From assembly GCA_035626855.1 (NCBI GenBank), contig DASPMW010000106.1, positions 1-63,435 on the forward strand: a stretch of 63,435 bases of DNA, given 5' to 3'. Below are positions 1 to 7,872 of the stretch, one piece after another. This DNA is from Patescibacteria group bacterium (GTDB lineage Bacteria > Pseudomonadota > Alphaproteobacteria > Micavibrionales > UBA2020). A model generated the notes under the pieces. It saw nothing but the letters and a program-made list of their open reading frames with translations. It ran no database searches and had not been told where the DNA came from. Every line of letters starts with the position of its first letter. Position 1 is the stretch's first letter. The translations under genes and the position numbers were made by a program.

Positions 1-89
1 GATAAAAAAGTCCCTGAACCTACCCGCGATAGGGCGGGTGGTTCCCGAAAGGCTTGACGGACTGTTATCCTTGAGAGGAAGCGGTGTGC

Positions 90-893
90 TTACGCGCCGC
101 CGTAACTTTTGACCAGCGATCCGGCGATCAGCGCCCAGCCATCGACCAGTACGAAGAAGATGATTTTGAACGGCAGCGCGATCATCACGGGCGGCAGCAT
201 CATCATCCCCATCGACATGAGGATGGAGGCGGTCACCATATCGATAACAAGGAACGGCAGGAAGATCAGGAAGCCGATCTCGAAGGCGCGGCGCAGCTCC
301 GAGATCATGAAGGACGGAATGACGACCTGCAGCGGCGTGTCGATCGCGGCCTTCGGCTCCGGCACTTTCGCGAGCTGGATGAACAGGTCGAGGTCTTTCT
401 CGCGCGTATGGGCGAGCATGAACTGCTTGAACGGCACGACCGCCTTCTGGAAGCCCTCGATCTCCGTCACTTCGTCATTCATGAGCGGCCGCAGTCCCTG
501 TTCATAGGAAGCGGTAACCGTCGGCATCATGATGAACAGCGTGAGAAACATGGCGAGCGAGATCATCACTGTGTTGGGCGGGGTCTGCTGCGTGCCCAGC
601 GCCGTGCGCAGGAAGGAGAGCACGACCACGATGCGCGTGAACGAGGTCATCATCATAAGGATGGAAGGCGCGAGCGAAAGGATCGTCAGCAGCGCGACCA
701 TCTGCACGACGCGGCTTGCAACCGACCCGCCGCCCGCATCTTCGCCGCCCTGGCCGAGATTGAGGGTGAGGCTTTGCGCAAAGGTGTGTGACGGGATGAA
801 AAGGATCGCAGCGACAATGAGAAAGGCAATGCCTGGGAGCAGGAAGGACAATGCCCTTTTCCAGACAGCCCGGGACTCTCTCTTGCGGTCCAT
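90..893 (-). CDS. fliP: Flagellar type III export protein FliP
   Basis: LAPSILMMMTSFTRIVVVLSFLRTALGTQQTPPN and MGMMMLPP motifs. Start placed at MDRK (893, GAGG upstream); 911 is an alternative. Confidence 0.95.
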   Translation of the reverse strand: MDRKRESRAVWKRALSFLLPGIAFLIVAAILFIPSHTFAQSLTLNLGQGGEDAGGGSVASRVVQMVALLTILSLAPSILMMMTSFTRIVVVLSFLRTALGTQQTPPNTVMISLAMFLTLFIMMPTVTASYEQGLRPLMNDEVTEIEGFQKAVVPFKQFMLAHTREKDLDLFIQLAKVPEPKAAIDTPLQVVIPSFMISELRRAFEIGFLIFLPFLVIDMVTASILMSMGMMMLPPVMIALPFKIIFFVLVDGWALIAGSLVKSYGGA

Positions 894-903
894 GTTCAGC
901 GCC

Positions 904-1230
904 TCAACCATTCTTGACGTCCTTCTGGTCGGCCAGTTCAATGACATTATCGGGCAGCTGGATGTTGCTTTCAATCACCGTCTCGCCACCGGGGCCGAGC
1001 ACCAGCAGGTGTTCCTTGTTGTCGCGGCGGACGATCACCAGCTTGCGGCGGGGGTCGATGGCAAGGTGCTCGACCACCTTCAGCCGCCGCTTCGCGCCCG
1101 GCAGCATCACCGGCCCGCCCAGACCCAGCCGCTTGATCACGTAAGCCAGGAGGTACATAAGGCACATGACGAAGGCGAAGGCGGCGAGCGCCTTGAAAAT
1201 CGCGGGATCCCCGCTTAAGCCCTCGGTCAT
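904..1230 (-). CDS. fliO: Flagellar biosynthesis protein FliO
   Basis: One N-terminal TM helix, then RRLKVVEHLAIDPRRKLVIVRRDNKEHLLVLG; directly upstream of fliP. Confidence 0.85.
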   Translation of the reverse strand: MTEGLSGDPAIFKALAAFAFVMCLMYLLAYVIKRLGLGGPVMLPGAKRRLKVVEHLAIDPRRKLVIVRRDNKEHLLVLGPGGETVIESNIQLPDNVIELADQKDVKNG

Positions 1231-1487
1231 GCCTCTTCCCCGAATTTTTCCTGCTGCTCGCGCATGGCGTTCGCCAGCTTTTCGAGATCGCCGATCAGCG
1301 TGCCCATCTGCGCCTCCAGTTCCTGCCCCTCTTTCGGCGGCAGTTTGGCGATGCTGTCGCAGACTTCCACGACATTATTATCGAGCCCCTGCAGATCCAT
1401 GATCTCCCCCTGCATCACGCGGCGCTCGCAGTCGCGCACGTAATCGGTGATGGCTTTCAGGCGCTTGGCGATGTCGTCCTTGCTCAC
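1227..1487 (-). CDS. Hypothetical small helical protein in flagellar operon (86 aa)
   Basis: Start and stop overlap both neighbours; host-like codon usage. Confidence 0.7.
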   Translation of the reverse strand: MSKDDIAKRLKAITDYVRDCERRVMQGEIMDLQGLDNNVVEVCDSIAKLPPKEGQELEAQMGTLIGDLEKLANAMREQQEKFGEEA

Positions 1488-1831
1488 GGCTGCTCTTTCT
1501 TGTCGTCGTCGCGGTTATAGGTCTGATTGGCTTTGTAAACATATGCCAGAATTTCGGCAATCGCCACCAGCGCTTCGGAGGGAATTTCGGAATCCATCTC
1601 TATCGCGGCGAGGATCTGCGCCATCTCCTTGTCCTCCCGCACCTTCACGCCATTCTGGAAGGCGATCTCGACGATCTGCTCCGCGAGTTTCCCGTAACCC
1701 GCCGCGACCACTTTTGGCAGTGCGGATTCATCTATTCCATATTTCTTGAGCGCGACAGCAGCCAGCCGGCGGCTTTCCTCGCCTGCCTGTTTCTTGCGGT
1801 CCTCGTCCTCGGTGTCGCGGATGTCGATCAT
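1484..1831 (-). CDS. EscU/YscU/HrcU-family FlhB C-terminal-like export switch protein
   Basis: AVAL..., PKVVAAGYGKLAEQIVEIA, VREDKEMAQIL, EIPSEALVAIAEILAYVY match the stand-alone FlhB cytoplasmic domain pattern. Confidence 0.85.
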   Translation of the reverse strand: MIDIRDTEDEDRKKQAGEESRRLAAVALKKYGIDESALPKVVAAGYGKLAEQIVEIAFQNGVKVREDKEMAQILAAIEMDSEIPSEALVAIAEILAYVYKANQTYNRDDDKKEQP

Positions 1832-2403
1832 CAGGAAACCAGCCCCCAGCAAAGCATTATAGCCAACGCGCTGCTAACAGCCGCCAAAATGACGTTCAGA
1901 TTACCGAAAAATTTTACGGGTAGTGCTTTCCCCGTCATTTGATCAATAGGCAATATCTCTATTGGTCGTTTAATGGCGGTTGCGTCATGAACAGCGGAAA
2001 TAACACTACTTAAAACCAAAAACGAAACCCAGAGTAAAACCGCCGGCCATACCCGCAGCATTTCATCAGCCGCTAAGCAAAAAGCGAAGAGAACGCACCC
2101 CAAGTTTAAAAATACGAAGCATAGGGGCCAATACGCACCCGGGTATTTTAGCACAAACCTGACATGGTGAAGCAGAGCATGCGCAGCTAACGTTATTATC
2201 AGCATAATGATAAGGCTCAGGTTTATGGCTATAACAGGGACGGTGTGAAATCCGAAAATAACGTCGAAATGTTTGTACCCGAATATTTCGGAAGACATAT
2301 GAAACAACCAGAGAAACACGACAGCTAGGTACTGCGTAGCCGTGAATCTGGCGAGCTTACCGCCTAGCCACTCCCATCGAAACGTCCTGCTATCGGATTT
2401 CAT
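1831..2403 (-). CDS. Hypothetical polytopic membrane protein, lower GC than flanks
   Basis: About five hydrophobic segments. Its TGA overlaps the next ATG (TGATG at 1833-1829). ATG at 2403; the ORF is open to 2418. Confidence 0.65.
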   Translation of the reverse strand: MKSDSRTFRWEWLGGKLARFTATQYLAVVFLWLFHMSSEIFGYKHFDVIFGFHTVPVIAINLSLIIMLIITLAAHALLHHVRFVLKYPGAYWPLCFVFLNLGCVLFAFCLAADEMLRVWPAVLLWVSFLVLSSVISAVHDATAIKRPIEILPIDQMTGKALPVKFFGNLNVILAAVSSALAIMLCWGLVS

Positions 2404-2422
2404 GCCCCACCCTAGCAAACTC

Positions 2423-2438
2423 TTAACAAAGCCTTAAC
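2423..2438. promoter_or_regulatory. CtrA binding box TTAA-N7-TTAAC
   Basis: ttaa caaagcc ttaac, an exact consensus, in the divergent gap between the leftward flagellar export operon and flgB. Confidence 0.85.
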
Positions 2439-2519
2439 ACCAAAACACGACGCAACCGAAATCTCGCCCCACAGGATTCGCGACCTATGTTAGTCTTTGG
2501 TCTGGGGAGACCTGTTACA

Positions 2520-2535
2520 TGGCACATGCGTTGCA
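2520..2535 (+). promoter_or_regulatory. Sigma54 (-24/-12) promoter of flgB-flgC-fliE
   Basis: TGGCAC-atgcg-TTGCA with GG at 2521-22 and GC at 2533-34; 27 nt before the flgB ATG. Confidence 0.85.
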
Positions 2536-2561
2536 TATGTAATAGCGAGGGGAGATTTATC

Positions 2562-3002
2562 ATGGCGATGCAAGACCTGAATTTACTGGGCGCGATGCTG
2601 AAAAAGATGGACTGGCACGAAGAGCGCCAGAAGCTCATCGCGCAGAACGTCGCCAACGCGGATTCCCCCGGCTACCGCCCGATGGATCTAAAAGAGATTG
2701 ATTTCAAACAGATATTGGGAAGTTCTGCCAGCGCGCTTTCAATGAGCGCGGCGGGCACCGGCGGCGGCGGCGCGATGGGCATGGCGGTAACCTCCGCGAA
2801 CCATATGACGCCGGGTGGCGGCACGATCGGGCAAAATCTGCCGAGCGCGAAGCAGAAAGATACCTATGAGGTCGCTCCGGGCGGTAATTCGGTGGTGCTC
2901 GAAGAGCAGCTTCTGAAGATGAACGAAAACTACACCGATCATGCCTTCGTCAGCAATTTGTACCAGAAAAACATCGCCATGCTGAAAATGGCTCTGAAGT
3001 AA
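2562..3002 (+). CDS. flgB: Flagellar basal-body rod protein FlgB
   Basis: IAQNVANADSPGYRPMDL and GNSVVLEEQLLKM motifs; GGGAGA RBS before ATG 2562. Confidence 0.92.
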   Translation: MAMQDLNLLGAMLKKMDWHEERQKLIAQNVANADSPGYRPMDLKEIDFKQILGSSASALSMSAAGTGGGGAMGMAVTSANHMTPGGGTIGQNLPSAKQKDTYEVAPGGNSVVLEEQLLKMNENYTDHAFVSNLYQKNIAMLKMALK

Positions 3003-3018
3003 GGTCAGGAGTTTTAAG

Positions 3019-3432
3019 ATGGATCTCGTCAAGGCAATGACACTCGCGGCGAAGGGCATGAAGGCCCAGGGCACGCGCATGAAGGTGATTTCCGAAAACC
3101 TTGCGAATGCCGAAACCACCGGCAAGAGCAAGGGCGCAGACCCCTATCGCCGCCAGATCGTGACCTTCAGCAACCAGGTGAACCGCGCCGACAACACCAA
3201 GGAAGTGACCACCGGCAAGGTCCAGTACGATCCGGCCCCCTTCGTCACGAAATACGACCCGAGCCACCCGGCGGCGGACGAGAGCGGGTATGTGAAGACG
3301 CCCAACGTCAACCCGATGCTTGAAATGATGGATATGCGCGAGGCGCAGCGGTCCTACGAGGCGAACCTCGGCGTGATCGAAATGGCGCGCTCAATGCTCA
3401 TGAAAACCATCGAGCTGCTGCGCGCCTCTTAA
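3019..3432 (+). CDS. flgC: Flagellar basal-body rod protein FlgC
   Basis: ISENLANAETT, DPYRRQ, YDPSHPAAD, PNVN, YEANL motifs. Confidence 0.95.
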   Translation: MDLVKAMTLAAKGMKAQGTRMKVISENLANAETTGKSKGADPYRRQIVTFSNQVNRADNTKEVTTGKVQYDPAPFVTKYDPSHPAADESGYVKTPNVNPMLEMMDMREAQRSYEANLGVIEMARSMLMKTIELLRAS

Positions 3433-3459
3433 GTTTTAATTTAAGGAGCTTTGAATATC

Positions 3460-3759
3460 ATGGCCAATGTAACCGATGCTTCAAAAGCATATCTCAACAC
3501 TCTGAAATCAATGACAGAGCCAAAGCCCGCGGAAACGGGCGGCCCCTCCTTCGGCGAGGTCCTGAAAACCGCGGCGGAATCCGCGATCAACGCCCAGCAC
3601 CAGTCCGAAAAAGTCTCCGCCGCCGGCCTCGTCGGCAAGGCGGATATGACCGACGTCCTTTCCGCCATCAACAACGCCGAAATGGCCCTCAACACCGTCC
3701 TTGCGGTACGCGACCGCGTGGTGCAAGCTTACGAGCAGGTGATGAGGACTTCCATTTAA
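3460..3759 (+). CDS. fliE: Flagellar hook-basal body protein FliE
   Basis: FGEVLK...AEMALNTVLAVRDRVVQAYEQVMRTSI; AAGGAG RBS. Confidence 0.92.
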   Translation: MANVTDASKAYLNTLKSMTEPKPAETGGPSFGEVLKTAAESAINAQHQSEKVSAAGLVGKADMTDVLSAINNAEMALNTVLAVRDRVVQAYEQVMRTSI

Positions 3760-3760
3760 G

Positions 3761-3919
3761 GTCATCCCGGACCAGCGAGCCGTCAGGCGAGCGCACGATC
3801 CAGGATCCAGGAGTTTCTTCAAACCGCCTTTGGGCGGTTTGCCTCTGACGAGCGCCTGCGGGGCGAGCATAGCTGGATCCCGGATCAGCGCTCGCTTCGC
3901 TCACTTGTCCCGGGATGAC
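3761..3919. repeat. REP/MITE-like palindromic element (GTCATCCCGG...CCGGGATGAC)
   Basis: 10-bp terminal inverted repeats with nested internal hairpins, between fliE and fliQ. Confidence 0.8.
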
Positions 3920-3932
3920 AGAGGGGTTGATT

Positions 3933-4199
3933 ATGGAAGAAGCTGACGTCATCGATTTCGCCCGCGAGGCGATCATCCTCACGATCCAGCTCTCCGCCCC
4001 CGTCATGATGATCGGTCTGGTCGTCGGCGTAGTGATCGCGCTGATCCAGGCGCTCACCCAGATTCAGGAAATGACCCTCGCGTTTGTGCCGAAAATGATG
4101 GCGATCTATCTCGCCATCTACCTGCTCTTCCCCATGTTCGCGACCTCGATGAAGAATTTCACCGACGTGATCGCCGACAAGATCATCGGGATGGGGTGA
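3933..4199 (+). CDS. fliQ: Flagellar export protein FliQ
   Basis: LIQALTQIQEMTLAFVPK motif. Confidence 0.95.
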   Translation: MEEADVIDFAREAIILTIQLSAPVMMIGLVVGVVIALIQALTQIQEMTLAFVPKMMAIYLAIYLLFPMFATSMKNFTDVIADKIIGMG

Positions 4200-4264
4200 C
4201 GCCCCTTCCGCTGCCCGGCGAAGTCCGGCATGGCGGATAGACAAGGTTCGGTTATAATAAAGAT

Positions 4265-5041
4265 ATGCAGTCCCTGCTCAATGAACTCGTCACCGGCCAT
4301 GTCGCGGCCTTTCTGCTCATCTTCATGCGCACCGGCCTCGCATTGATGATCATGCCGGGCATCGGGGACAGTTTCGTGTCGCCGCAGATCCGCCTCCATT
4401 TCGCGCTTGGTTTCGCCTTCATCCTGACCCCCTTCCTCGCCCCGAACCTGCCGCCCCTGCCCTCCGCCGCGCCCGACATGATCGCGCTTCTGGTGTCGGA
4501 GGCGTTTATCGGGCTGTTCATCGGCACGGTTATGCGCATCATGATCACGGCGCTCGATACCGCGGGCGGCGTCATTTCCATCCAGTCGAGCTTTTCCAAC
4601 GCGCTTGTCTTCAACCCGATGACCGCAACGCAAGGCTCGGTCATCGGCGCGCTCTATTCGATCACGGGGGTCACGCTGCTCTTCGTCACCAACCTGCACC
4701 ACTACATGCTGGCCTCGGTCATCGACAGCTACACGATGTTTCCGGCGCTCGCCCAGGCGCCCGACATGCAGCCGATCATCGAGGTCGTGATCGCGACCGT
4801 CAGCACGGCCTTCAAGATCGGCGTGCAGCTCGCGATGCCCTTCCTGATCGTCGGCACGCTGGTGCAGTTCGCCTTCGGCCTCGTCGGGCGGTTGCTGCCG
4901 CAGATCCAGATATTCTTCCTCGCGATGCCGGTGCAGATCCTGCTTTCCCTCGTCATGCTGACGATGGTGATCTCGGCCGGCATGCTCTTCTGGCTTCAGG
5001 GCTTCGAGGATCTCGTCAACGGCGCGCTGAACCCGAGGTAG
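4265..5041 (+). CDS. fliR: Flagellar export protein FliR
   Basis: Polytopic; PGIGDSFVSPQIRL, GRLLPQIQIFFLAMP. Confidence 0.93.
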   Translation: MQSLLNELVTGHVAAFLLIFMRTGLALMIMPGIGDSFVSPQIRLHFALGFAFILTPFLAPNLPPLPSAAPDMIALLVSEAFIGLFIGTVMRIMITALDTAGGVISIQSSFSNALVFNPMTATQGSVIGALYSITGVTLLFVTNLHHYMLASVIDSYTMFPALAQAPDMQPIIEVVIATVSTAFKIGVQLAMPFLIVGTLVQFAFGLVGRLLPQIQIFFLAMPVQILLSLVMLTMVISAGMLFWLQGFEDLVNGALNPR

Positions 5042-5047
5042 GAACCC

Positions 5048-6124
5048 ATGGCAGAAGGCGACGACCAGGACGACAGCCAGAAAACGGAAGAGCCGTCAGC
5101 CCGGAAACTGGAAGAGGCGCGCAAGCGCGGACAGATCGTCTACAGCCGCGAAGTGACGAACTGGGTCATGCTGTTCGCGATCACGCTGCTGGTCGTGATG
5201 ATGGCGCCCGGCATCATGCTGGACCTGCAGGGCGTGCTGAAATCCTTCATTTCGGAATCGCATGCCTACCCGACCGACGCCCACGGCCTGATGGGGGTTG
5301 GCAAGATGCTGTTCTGGCGCGTCATGGGACAGCTGCTGGTTCCCTTCGGCATCCTGATGGTCGTCGGCGTGCTCGCCGCCTATGTGCAAACAGGGCCGAT
5401 CTTCACGGCGGAGCCGATCAAGCCCGACCTCAAGAAAATCTCGATCATGAGCGGTTTCCAGCGCCTGTTTTCCATGCGCTCGATCAGCGAGTTCGTGAAA
5501 AGTCTTGTCAAGCTCGTGGTTATCTCCGCCGCGATCTACCTCGCCCTTTCGCCCTATTTCCCGACGATCGACCATTTCGTGGGCCAGGATATCGGACCCG
5601 CGATGTTCGACCTTGAAGACCTGTTCGTCAAGATGATGGTGGCGGCGCTGATCGTGCTCTTCGTACTCGCCATCGCCGATTACATGTACCAGCGCCACGA
5701 TTTCATGCAGAAGATGCGCATGAGCAAGCAGGAGCTGAAGGAAGAATACAAGCAGACGGAGGGCGATCCGCAAGTGAAGGGCCGCCTGCGCGCGCTGCGC
5801 GAGCAAAAGGCCCGCCAGCGCATGATGCAGGCGGTGCCCGAGGCAGATGTCGTCATCACCAACCCGACCCATTACGCGGTCGCGCTTAAATACAATTCCG
5901 CCGAAATGGACGCGCCCGTCATGGTCGCCAAGGGGGCCGACCTCGTCGCGCAGCGCATCCGCGATATCGCGAACGAGAACAAGGTGCCGCTGGTCGAAAA
6001 TCCCGCGCTCGCCCGCGCGCTGTTCGATTCCATGGAGATCGAGCAGACCATACCGCACGAGCATTTCAAGGCGGTCGCCGAAGTGATTTCATACGTCTTC
6101 AAGCTGCGGGGTAAAAAACTGTGA
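5048..6124 (+). CDS. flhB: Flagellar export switch protein FlhB
   Basis: KTEEPS, RMSKQELKEEYKQTEGDP, and the NPTH autocleavage motif. Confidence 0.96.
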   Translation: MAEGDDQDDSQKTEEPSARKLEEARKRGQIVYSREVTNWVMLFAITLLVVMMAPGIMLDLQGVLKSFISESHAYPTDAHGLMGVGKMLFWRVMGQLLVPFGILMVVGVLAAYVQTGPIFTAEPIKPDLKKISIMSGFQRLFSMRSISEFVKSLVKLVVISAAIYLALSPYFPTIDHFVGQDIGPAMFDLEDLFVKMMVAALIVLFVLAIADYMYQRHDFMQKMRMSKQELKEEYKQTEGDPQVKGRLRALREQKARQRMMQAVPEADVVITNPTHYAVALKYNSAEMDAPVMVAKGADLVAQRIRDIANENKVPLVENPALARALFDSMEIEQTIPHEHFKAVAEVISYVFKLRGKKL

Positions 6125-6789
6125 CCCGTTATCTGCTTCTTCTGGCCTTGCTGGCCGCGACGCCGGCGCTGGCCTACAGCGCCAGGCCCGCCGCCACCAG
6201 CCCATTATACATCGCCATGCTCTATCACAAGCTTGTCGGCGACAAGCCGGATTTCCCAGGCTGGACCCGCGCCTGGACTGGTTATCAGAAAACCGACATG
6301 GCGGAGCGGCCCGCCCTTCTCGAAAAACGCATCGGCGAGATGCAGAACACCTTCGACCTCATGACTCCGTCCGAGCCCATTATCATCGAAGCGAAAATCC
6401 GCCTCTCGGGCTACAGCCCCGTCGAGAAGGGCTTCCTTGTTCAGGGGTTAAGCGAAGGCTCCTTCTATCCCTACACATATATGGGCAAGCGCTATGCGCT
6501 GATCCCGGGCGGCATCGCGAAATTCCAGTGGCTGCGCGCGCCCGCGAGCATGGCCGAAGCCATCATGCGCGAGACGGGCAACGGTCATGAAGGGCTTGTG
6601 ACCCTCACCCTGATCTCGATGAAGGCCGACCCGAAGCCGCTCGACATGAACGGCAAGCAATACAATCTCCTCATGGCCGATATCTCCAAGGTCGAGCTAT
6701 GGTCCAAAGACGGCAAGAGCCTTGTCTGGGACAGCCAGATCGGCGAGTCCGACAGGACCCGCAAGGAACTGCTGATCATGCGGCAGTAG
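6121..6789 (+). CDS. Secreted hypothetical protein (possibly DUF4852-like)
   Basis: Sec signal peptide (ALA|YS); start overlaps the flhB stop. Family guess is from memory only. Confidence 0.6.
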   Translation: MTRYLLLLALLAATPALAYSARPAATSPLYIAMLYHKLVGDKPDFPGWTRAWTGYQKTDMAERPALLEKRIGEMQNTFDLMTPSEPIIIEAKIRLSGYSPVEKGFLVQGLSEGSFYPYTYMGKRYALIPGGIAKFQWLRAPASMAEAIMRETGNGHEGLVTLTLISMKADPKPLDMNGKQYNLLMADISKVELWSKDGKSLVWDSQIGESDRTRKELLIMRQ

Positions 6790-7801
6790 CCGCCGCCGCC
6801 GCCTGCGCCAGCGGCGCGATCGCGCGGGCGAGCGCCTGCCGGAAAAATTCCTGCAGGGCCTCCGTCGTCGTAACGCCGGAGGCAGCGAAAATTTCAAGGA
6901 TATCGGTCGCCTGTCCGCGCGCGAAAAGCGCCTGCAGCAGCTCGGGACTGCGGGGGGCAACATGGTACAGCCCAAGCCCGATCAGCGGCGCGGAAGAATA
7001 GGTATGCAAATCATAAGCGCCGAAGCCGGCGCGTCCCGCCGCGCGGAAATACATCCATTCCGGCCCCAGCGCCTCTTCCAAGCGCGCCTTGTAGACGGAA
7101 GATGTCGCAGCCGCGTCGAGCCCCTGCGCCGCATAGGCCGCCTTCTGCCCGTAGAGGGAACGCGTCAGTTCCCCCGCCGCATGCGCGAAACCCGCGCGGC
7201 GCAATGCCGGATCAGGATGTGACGCCAGATAGTCGTAAAACATGACTTGCGTATAAAACGCCGGCAACTCGATCGCATGGCGCGGCATCATGTCTCCACC
7301 GCTGCCGGCTTCTTCCGCCATGTCAAAGGCGAGCATATGGCCCAGCTCATGCGCGAGATAGACCGCGTCGCTGATCGTGCCGTCCGATTCAAATGTAATC
7401 TCCACCTGCTTGCGCCCTTTCCAGCCCTTTGGCGTCGTGAAGGCGGCACAGTCGCCGGTCGCGGTTTCCGTGCGGTGCAGGCGTGTTTCGTCATCAATAA
7501 TGGCTGCAGCCTGCGCCGCAAGCTCTCCGCCAACTAATTTAAAAGCGTCCCGCACCAGAGCGACGCTTTGCGCCCAGTCGAGGCGCGGCTCCGGCCAGAG
7601 CAGCCGGTGACGGTTGAGCGGCGGCACCACGCCTTCGCGCCGGTCAAGCGCCACATGCCGGGCAAATATTGCGCCAGTCGCTGGCTCCGTCACGGCGCGC
7701 TGTGCTGCCAGCACATCGTCGGGCAGCATCATCGGCTCGGTCATGGGCGCGTTCCAGGCCGAACCCGGATACATGCCGCGCTGTCGGGTCAGGGTCGTCA
7801 T
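6776..7801 (-). CDS. M3B (oligoendopeptidase F)-like zinc peptidase, short form
   Basis: AHELGH zinc motif with downstream AIELPAF Glu; resembles the C-terminal half of PepF. Confidence 0.6.
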   Translation of the reverse strand: MTTLTRQRGMYPGSAWNAPMTEPMMLPDDVLAAQRAVTEPATGAIFARHVALDRREGVVPPLNRHRLLWPEPRLDWAQSVALVRDAFKLVGGELAAQAAAIIDDETRLHRTETATGDCAAFTTPKGWKGRKQVEITFESDGTISDAVYLAHELGHMLAFDMAEEAGSGGDMMPRHAIELPAFYTQVMFYDYLASHPDPALRRAGFAHAAGELTRSLYGQKAAYAAQGLDAAATSSVYKARLEEALGPEWMYFRAAGRAGFGAYDLHTYSSAPLIGLGLYHVAPRSPELLQALFARGQATDILEIFAASGVTTTEALQEFFRQALARAIAPLAQAAAAATAA

Positions 7802-7872
7802 GATCCCATCGTAACATGAAGCATAATAGATCGCATCACCGCGCTTCCCATATCACATGAAAGCGCGCTGTA

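Noticed and set aside
1-88. Possible 6S RNA or riboswitch identity
   Set aside because: Only short resemblances (GTCCCTGAACC, GGTTCAGGG); length and context do not fit and I cannot run a covariance search. Kept only as an unassigned structure.
3761-3919. Palindromic repeats as CRISPR or intact IS elements
   Set aside because: No regularly spaced direct repeats with spacers, no cas genes and no transposase ORF.
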